54,956 nt of DNA from Pedosphaera sp. GTDB taxonomy: Bacteria; Verrucomicrobiota; Verrucomicrobiia; Limisphaerales; SIBH01. Shown one piece after another: positions 39,501 to 48,140 of the stretch. The notes beneath the pieces were generated by a model. That model did no database searches and was not told where the DNA came from. It was given only the letters and a program-made list of their open reading frames with translations. The number at the start of each line of letters is the position of its first letter. The stretch's first letter is position 1. The position numbers and the translations under genes are program-made. The stretch covers positions 1-54,956 of the forward strand of contig JANOQV010000014.1 in the NCBI GenBank assembly GCA_031414955.1, read 5' to 3'.

Positions 39501-40582
39501 GATTCCCATTTGGCCAGGATGTTTCGCATGGTTTCCCGCACCTCGTCCGAGCGCATGGTCGAGCGGAAGCCGACGCAAAGATCGCCTTTGCTCGAATCGG
39601 CCAGGGCAACGTGGTTGGAATTACTGAGCGCGGTGATTTGCTGCACCTGCCCGACCTGAAGGAAGTCACCGAGATCGGAGAAGGACTTTAGGGATTCCTG
39701 CGTCCAGTCGGACATCTGGTCCGCGCTTTCCAGCCCATAGGACTTCATCTCACAGCGCGGCTTGGGACCGACGCAGAGGGCAAACTGCACGCCATCGAAG
39801 CGAGTCAAACCGACCAGCGGAGTCATGCCATCCATGCCCAGATGGGTGCCGTCATTGTGGGCGGCAGCACCGCCGGCTTCATCCATCTCCTGGGCTAGTT
39901 CCAGGAGCAGTCCCTGGTAGGAGCTGAAAATGGCACGCTCGCGAGCCTCGTCGCCCGGGAGCATCTCGAAGTTGCCGGTTTTCCAGGCAAGGATCTTTCT
40001 AAAGGCGGCCTCCCCCTTGAATTCGTCGGTCTCCGCATCGAACAATTCGCCATTCTGAATCCAGATGCGGCCATTCAACGCACCATTGCTAATCTTGAGC
40101 GTGGAGGAGTTCTGCGAAAGACATTCGAGTTGGATCAAATCCACCAGGCTCTTGCTCTGCACACCGCGGAAACCACCCTGGGTGTCGCGTTGCATGATGG
40201 CATCGATGGAATCGAGGAAGTTCTGCCGCTCATGTTCGGAGCCGGGCTTCTGCCAGTACTGGTCCACCCCCATGCCGTAGGCCCGGGCGCGGAAATGTTC
40301 ATCGGCGATGCAGGTCCAGACGACAATACGAAGCTGGGGATATTTGCGCCGAGCGATGGCGATGACCTGGAGACCGTCCATCTTGGGCATGTTGAGATCA
40401 ACAATCAGGAGTTGGAATGGCCCGGACTCGAGCATGGCCAGGGCGCGGGGACCGGTCGAGGCGGTGTGGACTTCCGGACCGCTGGGCAGGGTCTTGAGGA
40501 ATTCCCAATACACTTCCAGGAAATCCTGATCGTCATCGACCAGCAAAATCTTCGAACGCGTCGCTGTTTCTGTGCTGCCCAT
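39497..40582 (-). CDS. Response regulator: REC + DUF4388 + probable roadblock-like C-terminal domain
   Basis: ILLVDDD...VDLNMP...KP; FRG...SLVDLIQL...GRIWIQNGELFDA...GEAAF..ILAWKTGNF (DUF4388). Confidence 0.85.
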   Translation of the reverse strand: MGSTETATRSKILLVDDDQDFLEVYWEFLKTLPSGPEVHTASTGPRALAMLESGPFQLLIVDLNMPKMDGLQVIAIARRKYPQLRIVVWTCIADEHFRARAYGMGVDQYWQKPGSEHERQNFLDSIDAIMQRDTQGGFRGVQSKSLVDLIQLECLSQNSSTLKISNGALNGRIWIQNGELFDAETDEFKGEAAFRKILAWKTGNFEMLPGDEARERAIFSSYQGLLLELAQEMDEAGGAAAHNDGTHLGMDGMTPLVGLTRFDGVQFALCVGPKPRCEMKSYGLESADQMSDWTQESLKSFSDLGDFLQVGQVQQITALSNSNHVALADSSKGDLCVGFRSTMRSDEVRETMRNILAKWES

Positions 40583-40821
40583 AATTTCGACAAATCAACT
40601 GATTAGTGTCTCACCGTCTTGTTTTCGGCCGCTTGGCGAACCGACTTAAGGGGCAGTTGCAAGAAGCGCGCCAGCCGCGCACAGCAGCAGAATGACGCAA
40701 ATTGCCGCCCTCCCGTCGCGAAATCCGGGCAAGATGGTTGAAGTTGAGACTCGAAGCTCAGGAATGGTGCAGTCCCGCGGCGATTGGCTCGATCCTGATC
40801 GGACCGACTGCGATGCAACGG

Positions 40822-40868
40822 CCAAACGAAAAGAGCAGGCGCGAAGCCTGGCCCCTACCTGCTCTTTC
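40822..40868 (-). terminator. Probable terminator after greA
   Basis: aaagagcagg (40830..40839) / cctgctcttt (40858..40867) inverted repeat followed by a T-rich tail on the minus strand. Confidence 0.5.
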
Positions 40869-40889
40869 TCCTGAAGCTGCGCCGCCGGC

Positions 40890-42752
40890 TTATGCCGTGG
40901 CCGTGGCCGTCTCGGCAGGAGTGAGATTGGGCCCAGCGGGCAGAGGTGCTGTTTCGATGGCATCCACGCTGTAATGATGCATTCCGCTGTCCGTCTCCAG
41001 TTCCACTTCCTCGCCGGGCTTTTTATTGATGAGTTTCTGCGCCACTGGGGCGAGGTAGCTGATGACATTCTGCTCGGGATCGGAATCCCAGGCCCCAAGG
41101 ATGATGAACTTCTCGGCCTGTCTGGTCTCAAGGTTGGTCACGCGCACCTGGGTGCCGATGCTGACCACGTCGGTGCGGGCATTGGAAAAATCCGAGCCAC
41201 GGGCGCGGACAATTTGGCCTTCCAATTCGGATTTGCGGCGCATCAGAATCTTTTGCATCTCCTTGGCCGCCTTGTATTCGTGATTCTCACGCAGGTCGCC
41301 GTAGCTGCGGGCAATGGCAATCTCCTTGGAGTTGGCCGGAATTTTCTTCTGCACCAGGTCGGCGTATTCGTCTTTGCGGCGTTCCAGGCTGCCCCAGGAA
41401 ACAACAAAACTGTTGTCCTGCCGGGTGGCGTCACCGGCGATGAGCGGCTGAATGGCCGGGTAGTTCTTGACGATGCGCGCGAGCAAGGATCGCTTGTCCA
41501 TGTCGTCGAACACGGTCGAAAGCTGGAGGGCACGGGTGAGATCCTTGATGACTTCAAGGTCGGCTGATTCGATCAGTTCCACGAGCAGGTTTTGATCATC
41601 CATGATGAAGTCCCGCAGGCGGCTGGACTTCTTCTCGTTAAACTGATCGCGCTCCATCGACGTCAGCATGGCCCGAAACACTTCCGGCCCAAGAATGTCG
41701 GCGAAAGCGTCCGAACGCTCCTTGGCCAGCCAGAGCAGCAACTCGGTACTGGCGGCATGTTGGTTGATAAGTTTGGCCAGCGTTTCCTTCAACACCTCAG
41801 GTTTGCCGTTGTCGATGAGCAGGCTCGCCATTTCACCGCAAAGCTTGGCCGACACGGCGTTCATGCCCGTGCGCACAGCGTCCGGCCAAAGAGGCGTGCC
41901 GAGCTTGAAGGTCTCCAGCGCCCGGCGCTGCTTCGCGGCCGGCAAGGACTCCATGAACACACTGAAGCGGGGCTGCTGATCCCACACGGCTTGCGGCGTC
42001 AGTTCACCCGCCACGACAGGCAATCCGGCGGCGGCGGTCAAATCATCACGCACAAACATCGCCTCCAGGGCCAGCGCGGTTTGCGGACGGAGATGCGTGG
42101 CAATCTCAGTGTTCAGCATCGTGTTGATTTCACTCACTGCGGCGGCCTTGTCCGACAAATCAGCGCACATCTTCAATACTTCGGCCGCCGCGGCCGCGTG
42201 CGCCTTTAAACCCTTGGCGGCGCGGAAATCCTTCATCAACCGATCCTGCAAAGAGACTTCCTCAGCCTGATAAACAATCGGATCGGTCTTCTTCGCCGGC
42301 ACCTGGAAGTGCCCATCCTTCTTCAACTCGCGCTTGGCCACTTCCCACCATTTCTTCCAGTCCGAAGTGATAACGTCTGGCACCAGCACCTGCTGCATTT
42401 GGGTAATAGTCGCCTGGCCCCCGTAGCTGTTGAGCACCACCTTTATGACGGCGAGATGATCGAGCGCAGCCAGCTTACGCAAGCCATCAAGGTCGCTGGC
42501 CTTCTTGGCCAGGATGTGATCCGGGGAGACAGGCTTCAACGAGTCGGCCGCGAAACCAAGATCCATTTGGTGTCCCGGCTTGTTTGGGAAATCGATCAAG
42601 AACCGGGCAAAAACTGTGTCCACGGTCGTGATGCGTCCGAAGCCCCAACTGCGATGCACGCAATATCCCGTCTGGGCGAGCACGGTGAGGACATCGACAT
42701 TCTTGGAATTAATTTTTCCGCCAGCCGCCAATTTTTCAAACTCTTCTCTCAT
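40890..42752 (-). CDS. greA: Transcription elongation factor GreA with long N-terminal extension
   Basis: C-terminal IAIARSYGDLRENHEYKAAK...VSIGT...ISYLAPVA; about 450-aa N-terminal region with HRSWGFG; ATG 42752. Confidence 0.88.
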   Translation of the reverse strand: MREEFEKLAAGGKINSKNVDVLTVLAQTGYCVHRSWGFGRITTVDTVFARFLIDFPNKPGHQMDLGFAADSLKPVSPDHILAKKASDLDGLRKLAALDHLAVIKVVLNSYGGQATITQMQQVLVPDVITSDWKKWWEVAKRELKKDGHFQVPAKKTDPIVYQAEEVSLQDRLMKDFRAAKGLKAHAAAAAEVLKMCADLSDKAAAVSEINTMLNTEIATHLRPQTALALEAMFVRDDLTAAAGLPVVAGELTPQAVWDQQPRFSVFMESLPAAKQRRALETFKLGTPLWPDAVRTGMNAVSAKLCGEMASLLIDNGKPEVLKETLAKLINQHAASTELLLWLAKERSDAFADILGPEVFRAMLTSMERDQFNEKKSSRLRDFIMDDQNLLVELIESADLEVIKDLTRALQLSTVFDDMDKRSLLARIVKNYPAIQPLIAGDATRQDNSFVVSWGSLERRKDEYADLVQKKIPANSKEIAIARSYGDLRENHEYKAAKEMQKILMRRKSELEGQIVRARGSDFSNARTDVVSIGTQVRVTNLETRQAEKFIILGAWDSDPEQNVISYLAPVAQKLINKKPGEEVELETDSGMHHYSVDAIETAPLPAGPNLTPAETATATA

Positions 42753-42800
42753 AAAGATCAAATTTCTCGCCGACACCCGAGCGAACTGGATTATTAGAAG

Positions 42801-44105
42801 GTGACTTTTGAAAAACCAAGGGAAATGTCTTTGCGGCTGCTCCTGCAACGTGAGTCAGGCCGTGACTACATTGAAAATCTCCTCGAAGCCGCGCTGGCCG
42901 CCTCGAGTTTGAGCAGCCCCGATCGCGGGCTGCTCCAGGAACTCGTTTATGGCGTGGTCCGCTGGCAGGCCACGCTCGACTGGCTCATCGCGCGAAAGAC
43001 CGCTGGCCGTCCACAGAAGCCGGGGCTGCAAATCCTGCTCCGGCTCGGGCTGTATCAAATCTTCTGGCTCTCTCGCATCCCTGATCATGCGGCAGTGAAC
43101 GAGACCGTCGAAATCGCACGCCAGCAGGGCTTCGGACCTCAGGCGGGTTTTGTGAACGCCATCCTGCGAGGCTACCTCCGCGAGCGTGACGAGACGCAAC
43201 GCGCCCTCGGCGAACTCAAGCAATCCGATCCTGCGCTGGCCGCCTCGCATCCCGGATGGCTGTGTGCGCGCTGGGAGAAACATTTCGGGCGCGAAGCCCT
43301 CTCCCACCTGCTCGAATGGAACAACACGCCCCCCAGCACCTTCGCCCGCGTGAACACCCTCCGCGCCGAGCCGGAAAAACTGCGCGCGCAGTGGGAACGC
43401 GAGAAAGTGTCGGCCCGGTTGATGCCGATCGAGTGGGCCGACCAGACCATGGTCTATGCGCTGGAATCATTTCCCCCGCTGGCCACCCTGCCGAGTTTTC
43501 GCGACGGGCTGTTCTACGTCCAGGATCCGAGCACCCTCCTGGCGGTGGCACTACTCGACCCGCAGGCGGGTGAAACTATTCTTGATCTGTGCGCTGCGCC
43601 CGGCGGTAAGACCACCTACATCGCCGAACGAATGCGGAACCACGGGACCATCATCGCTCACGACATCGCGCCTGATCGGCTGAAGCTCGTTACGGAGAAC
43701 TGCGGCCGGCTCGGCGTGACCTGCGTCACCCCCACCCTGCCCTCCACGCTCCACGCTCCACCCTCAACTCTCTTCGACCGCATTCTCATCGATGCGCCGT
43801 GCAGCAATACGGGCGTGATGCGCCGGCGCGTCGATTTGCGCTGGCGCATCCGCGAGGCGGAAATTTCCCGGCTGCGCGCCACCCAACTTCAACTCCTGAG
43901 TGAGGCGCTGCCGCAGCTCAAGCCCGGGGGCACGCTCGTTTACAGCACCTGCAGTCTGGAGCCGGAGGAGAACGCCGATCTGGTGCGCGAATTTGTGAAG
44001 GAGAATCCGACGATGCACGTACAGCGCGAACGCTCGTTGACGCCTTGGACAGACCACACGGACGGCGCGTACGTGGCGCGTTTGGTCAAGGCGACCGCAC
44101 CTTGA
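42801..44105 (+). CDS. rsmB: 16S rRNA m5C967 methyltransferase RsmB (Sun)
   Basis: NusB-like N-terminus (ELVYGVVR, LRLGLYQ, HAAVNE), YVQD, DLCAAPGGKT, DAPCS, YSTCS...EEN. Confidence 0.95.
   Translation: MTFEKPREMSLRLLLQRESGRDYIENLLEAALAASSLSSPDRGLLQELVYGVVRWQATLDWLIARKTAGRPQKPGLQILLRLGLYQIFWLSRIPDHAAVNETVEIARQQGFGPQAGFVNAILRGYLRERDETQRALGELKQSDPALAASHPGWLCARWEKHFGREALSHLLEWNNTPPSTFARVNTLRAEPEKLRAQWEREKVSARLMPIEWADQTMVYALESFPPLATLPSFRDGLFYVQDPSTLLAVALLDPQAGETILDLCAAPGGKTTYIAERMRNHGTIIAHDIAPDRLKLVTENCGRLGVTCVTPTLPSTLHAPPSTLFDRILIDAPCSNTGVMRRRVDLRWRIREAEISRLRATQLQLLSEALPQLKPGGTLVYSTCSLEPEENADLVREFVKENPTMHVQRERSLTPWTDHTDGAYVARLVKATAP
43740..43767 (+). repeat. In-frame heptamer run inside rsmB
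   Basis: ccctcca cgctcca cgctcca ccctcaa, encoding PSTLHAPPST just before FDRILIDAPCS. Confidence 0.65.
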
Positions 44106-44134
44106 AGTGGCCGCCAGAAAACTGCGGCCGTGCC

Positions 44135-44182
44135 GGTTGGGCGTCGCCGTCCTCAGCGCGCCGGGGACAGCGACGCCCTGCC
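44135..44182. repeat. Degenerate GTAG-type REP doublet
   Basis: ggttgggcgtcgccgtcctcagcgcgcc followed by ggggacagcgacgccctgcc (inverted partner); similar to 23565..23592. Confidence 0.6.
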
Positions 44183-44295
44183 CGCACCAGCACTTCCGAG
44201 CACATCGCACAACAACCCTCCTTTTGATGCTGCCGTCCTCCACTCAAGATTGACGTCACCCCGCAAACCGTGTGCAGTGACACCCATTCCATCAC

Positions 44296-45321
44296 ATGAA
44301 GAAATACAACGTCGGCATCATCGGTTATGGCTGGGTTGCGAGCGCACACATTCCCGCCATCAACGCCAGTTCGCAGGCCCAGGTCACGGCCATCTACTCC
44401 TCGCGTCCGCTCGACGATTTGGAAGTGAGCGCCAGGCACGGCAGTTCGATTCGCACGTACACCGATCTCGCTGAGATGCTGGCCGACGAAAGCCTCCACG
44501 CCATCTCCGTGTGCAGCTATCCCTACCAGCACACCAAGCACGTCATCGCAGCGGCCAAGGCCGGCAAGCATGTCATTGTGGAGAAACCACTCGCGCTCTC
44601 GTGGAAGGATTGTCTCGCCATCAAACGCGCCGTGGACGCCGCCGGCGTGCAGACATGCGTCTGCTTCGAGTGCCGCTTCTCCAGCCAATTCCTCACCACC
44701 AAGGCGGTCATTGATGAAGGACTGCTCGGCGAACTGCACTACGGCGAAGTCGATTACTACCACGGTATCGGACCCTGGTACGGGCAGTTCCGCTGGAACA
44801 CGCGCAAGGACGCCGGCGGCTCCTCACTCCTCACTGCCGGCTGCCACGCGCTCGACGCCCTGCTGCTCTGCATGGGCCAAGACGTGACCGAAGTCACCAG
44901 CTACGACACCAAGTCGAAGAGCAAAATCTTCGAGCCCTACGAATACACGACCTCGAGCGTGACCATCCTCAAGTTCAAGAGCGGCAAAATCGGCAAATGC
45001 GCGGCCATCGTGGATTGCCTCCAGCCCTATTACTTCCACACGCACCTCGTCGGCAGCGAGGGCAGCCTGCTCGACAACAAGTTTCATTCAATGAAGCTCG
45101 GCGGCCTGAACAAGAACGCGTGGAGCAACCTCTCCATGAAGATGCTCGATTCCGGCGACGTATCCGACCATCCCTACACCACGCAGTTTCAAGCCTTCTT
45201 CGACGCGTTGGACAAAGGCAAGAAGATGCCGCTGACCAGCCTCGACGACGCCATCAAGACGCACGAAATCATCTTCGCGGCGGACAAGTCGGCGGCGACG
45301 GGAAAGACGGTGAAGCTCTAA
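44296..45321 (+). CDS. Gfo/Idh/MocA family oxidoreductase
   Basis: VGIIGYG, AGKHVIVEKPLA, GGSSLLTAGCHALD. Confidence 0.92.
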   Translation: MKKYNVGIIGYGWVASAHIPAINASSQAQVTAIYSSRPLDDLEVSARHGSSIRTYTDLAEMLADESLHAISVCSYPYQHTKHVIAAAKAGKHVIVEKPLALSWKDCLAIKRAVDAAGVQTCVCFECRFSSQFLTTKAVIDEGLLGELHYGEVDYYHGIGPWYGQFRWNTRKDAGGSSLLTAGCHALDALLLCMGQDVTEVTSYDTKSKSKIFEPYEYTTSSVTILKFKSGKIGKCAAIVDCLQPYYFHTHLVGSEGSLLDNKFHSMKLGGLNKNAWSNLSMKMLDSGDVSDHPYTTQFQAFFDALDKGKKMPLTSLDDAIKTHEIIFAADKSAATGKTVKL

Positions 45322-45344
45322 TCGATTCCATGGACGACGGCCTG

Positions 45345-45485
45345 AAGATCCAAATCCCAAACTCCAAGCTCCAGGGAAACACCAAGCTCCAAGCTCCAAT
45401 CCTGCGTTGGACATCCACCAGACAGCCCGCTTGGTATTTGGTGTTTGGAGCTTCTCTAGATCTTGGATCTTGGATCTTGAGTCTT
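45345..45485. repeat. Inverted pair of 55-bp heptamer elements (copies C and D) with a 31-bp spacer
   Basis: C (minus, 45345..45399): ttggagc ttggagc ttggtgt ttcc ctggagc ttggagt ttgggat ttggatc tt. D (plus, 45431..45485): ttggtat ttggtgt ttggagc ttct ctagatc ttggatc ttggatc ttgagtc tt. Confidence 0.9.
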
Positions 45486-45510
45486 CGGCGATGGAGCCGC
45501 CCCAGCACCT

Positions 45511-46293
45511 ATGCCTAACCCTCGCGCCCTCGCCATTGCCGCGCACCCGGACGACATCGAGTTCGTAATGGCGGGTACTTTGTTGCGGCTCAAGGAGCGG
45601 GGTTGGGACATCCACTACTTCAACCTCTCCACCGGCAACTGCGGCAGCGCGCGCCACGATGCCGCCACCACGCGACGACTACGACTGGCCGAGGCCAAGC
45701 GCGCGGCAAAGATTCTCGGCGCGCATTTCCATCCGCCCCTCGCGGATGACTTGGAGATTTTCTTTGACCTGAAGCTCCTGCGCCGCGTCGCGGCCGTGCT
45801 TCGCGAAGTGAAACCGGTCATCGTCCTCACGCATTCGCCCGAGGATTACATGGAGGACCACATGAACACGTCGCGGCTCGCAGTTACGGCGGCCTTTGCG
45901 CGCGGCATGAGGAACTTCATCACCACCCCAAAGCACCGCGCCGTGGAAGGCGCGATCACGGTGTATCACGCCATGCCGCATGGGCTGTGCGATGGAATGC
46001 GCCGGCCCGTTGCCGCCGAACTGTTTGTGGACACCACAGCAGTTCACGCCACGAAACTCGCCGCGCTGGCCGAGCACCGCACGCAACAGGAATGGCTCGA
46101 CGTGAGCCAGGGCATGAACTCCTACCTCCAGAGCATGGACGCGATGTCGCGCGCGGTGGGGAAGATGTCGCGACGCTTCCGGCACGCCGAAGGCTGGCGG
46201 CGGCACTCGCATCTGGGCTTCTGCGCCGAGGCCGACGACCCACTGCGTGCGGCGCTCGGGAGCAAGACCGTGGGGCGAAATTCCAGACCCTGA
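45511..46293 (+). CDS. PIG-L/LmbE family deacetylase
   Basis: AIAAHPDDIE, R..EA, THSPEDYMEDH, HRTQ. Confidence 0.9.
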   Translation: MPNPRALAIAAHPDDIEFVMAGTLLRLKERGWDIHYFNLSTGNCGSARHDAATTRRLRLAEAKRAAKILGAHFHPPLADDLEIFFDLKLLRRVAAVLREVKPVIVLTHSPEDYMEDHMNTSRLAVTAAFARGMRNFITTPKHRAVEGAITVYHAMPHGLCDGMRRPVAAELFVDTTAVHATKLAALAEHRTQQEWLDVSQGMNSYLQSMDAMSRAVGKMSRRFRHAEGWRRHSHLGFCAEADDPLRAALGSKTVGRNSRP

Positions 46294-46315
46294 AAGACGC
46301 CAGAACAGCACCTGA

Positions 46316-47236
46316 TCAATGCCGTCGCGCCGGAGCCAGTTCGCCGGCGGGCACGGCGAAGGGCAACCAGTTCTGACGCGGCGGCAATGGGCAGGTGGCG
46401 AAGGCGGTGAAGCCGCAGGGCGGAGTGTAGGCGCGGTTGAAATCAATCACCACCTGGCCGCTGGGATCGGGTTTGGCCACGTAGAGGAAACGGCCCGAGG
46501 CATAGGTGGTCTGAGCGGCGGTCTGGTCGTGGAAGATGACGAAGTAGTCCTGCTCGCCGGGTTCCTCCACCACATCGAGTCGGTGCTCGGAGCCGCCGTG
46601 GGGGAAGACGATCGTGCCCGGCGAGACATATTCCTGGGTGCCGCCGAGCACGTCCTGAACCTGCAAGGTCCGCACAAATGGGGATGGCTCGAAGCGCCCC
46701 GCGACACGCCAGGCCGGATCGTAGGGAAAACATTTCAGCCCCTCGAACTGCGCGCGCGCCGGAGCCTGCGGATCGCGCACCCGCAACCCCAGCCGTTCGC
46801 CGCGTTCGATAAGCACGAAAGAGAGTTCACCGATGAGAAGCCTGGTCGGCTCGGCATTGGTGTCGGACTTAAATTCGGCCTGACGGACTGGCTGGCCGTC
46901 GATCGTGGCCACCACTCCGGGCGCGGCTTCGAACAAGATGGTTCGCCCGCGGCGCAGGAACGTGCCGACCTGCGGAACGGCGCGCGCGCGCGGGAGCAAG
47001 GCGTGGTTCGTCGGGTCGCTACCCACATGGTTGGCTCCCTCGACCAGCCAATGCCGCAAAATCAAGGTGGTCCAGCCATTCGAACCGGCGATGGATTCGC
47101 GCCGCTTGGCCTGCCAGGCCAGCCAATCGGTGGGGGCGGCAACGGCACTGACCACGGCGCGGGGACGGTCCGCCACTCGGGGGGCACAACTCGTGCAGCC
47201 CAAGGCCAGAAACAGGATTGACCAACAACAGCTCAT
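46316..47236 (-). CDS. DUF1684 domain-containing protein, probable lipoprotein
   Basis: ATG 47236 with LALGC; FHDQT...TYASGRFLY...IDFNRAYTPPCGFTAFATCPLPP..N.L motif. Confidence 0.88.
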   Translation of the reverse strand: MSCCWSILFLALGCTSCAPRVADRPRAVVSAVAAPTDWLAWQAKRRESIAGSNGWTTLILRHWLVEGANHVGSDPTNHALLPRARAVPQVGTFLRRGRTILFEAAPGVVATIDGQPVRQAEFKSDTNAEPTRLLIGELSFVLIERGERLGLRVRDPQAPARAQFEGLKCFPYDPAWRVAGRFEPSPFVRTLQVQDVLGGTQEYVSPGTIVFPHGGSEHRLDVVEEPGEQDYFVIFHDQTAAQTTYASGRFLYVAKPDPSGQVVIDFNRAYTPPCGFTAFATCPLPPRQNWLPFAVPAGELAPARRH

Positions 47237-47328
47237 GACGCGCAGGCTAGCGGGTCGGAAGGAGGGAGGGAAGCACTGGCGGATGGAAAGGCAGGGCAGA
47301 CTCATCCAATTTCGCGGTGTTTCGCACG

Positions 47329-47415
47329 AATGTCCCAAATCCCAAATCCCAAATAAATTCCAACGGCCCAAATTCCAAAACCAGGCGTTCGCAATGCGAT
47401 TGGAGTTTGGAATTT
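47329..47415. repeat. Heptamer element copy E (minus) with a truncated inverted partner
   Basis: Minus 47329..47378: ttggaat ttgggcc g ttggaat ttat ttgggat ttgggat ttgggac att; plus 47400..47415: ttggagt ttggaat tt. Confidence 0.8.
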
Positions 47416-47600
47416 AGCCCGAAAACCGAAGTTGGAGGTGGGTGGCACGGGTTACCAGTCCGTGCTACCCACCTCAACTTCGGAGTTCGGGTTCAAACTT
47501 CCCCTGGCCCGAGGCCAGGCAGGTTTTTGTCTCGAACACCAGAACTCAGCAGACCGCCGCGCTACTGAAGGAAAGCCGCCAACCTGCCGAAACAGCAGGC

Positions 47601-48086
47601 ATGACAGATGAAAGAAATCAGGGGCCAGCAACGCGGTGGTATGCCGTGCAACGGAGTACGCTCATCACCTGCCTTTTCATCTGTCTGGTGACTTACGGGT
47701 TGTCCCGCTGGGTGCTGTCGCCGGTAAAAATTTGTGGCGATAGCATGACACCTAATTACGGCGACGGGCAGCCGAACTACATCAACCGCCTCGCCTACCT
47801 TTCCACGCCACCCCGCCGGGGCGATGTCGTAGGAGTGCGCTTTGGCTCGGAGTTTCTCTTAAAACGGGTCATCGGGCTGCCTGGCGAACGGGTCGAGTTC
47901 CGGCGGGACGTGGTAGTGATCAACGGTCAACCCCTGGACGAACCCTACCCCGTGCGCCCGCTCCTCTGGCGCCTGCCGGCGGTGCAACTCGGTCCCAACG
48001 ACTACTGGGTGATGGGCGACAATCGAATCAATTCGATGCTCGGTTCCGTCCCGCGGGAAAATATTTTGGGCAAGGCGCTGTTTTAG
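47601..48086 (+). CDS. lepB: Signal peptidase I (short, single-TM)
   Basis: GDSMTP (catalytic Ser), RGDVV, LLKRVIGLPGE (catalytic Lys), MGDNR..S. Confidence 0.88.
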   Translation: MTDERNQGPATRWYAVQRSTLITCLFICLVTYGLSRWVLSPVKICGDSMTPNYGDGQPNYINRLAYLSTPPRRGDVVGVRFGSEFLLKRVIGLPGERVEFRRDVVVINGQPLDEPYPVRPLLWRLPAVQLGPNDYWVMGDNRINSMLGSVPRENILGKALF

Positions 48087-48140
48087 CCTGTCCGCAGTTA
48101 TCCTCGTTGAAATCCCGCTGCCCGCTGGCCACAGTTCAGC

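Noticed and set aside
44250..44278. Sigma70 promoter before the Gfo/Idh/MocA gene
   Set aside because: Good -35 (TTGACG) but poor -10 (TGCAGT); not enough support.
45345..45485. CRISPR mini-array
   Set aside because: Units are inverted and internally 7-periodic rather than identical direct repeats, and no cas genes are present.
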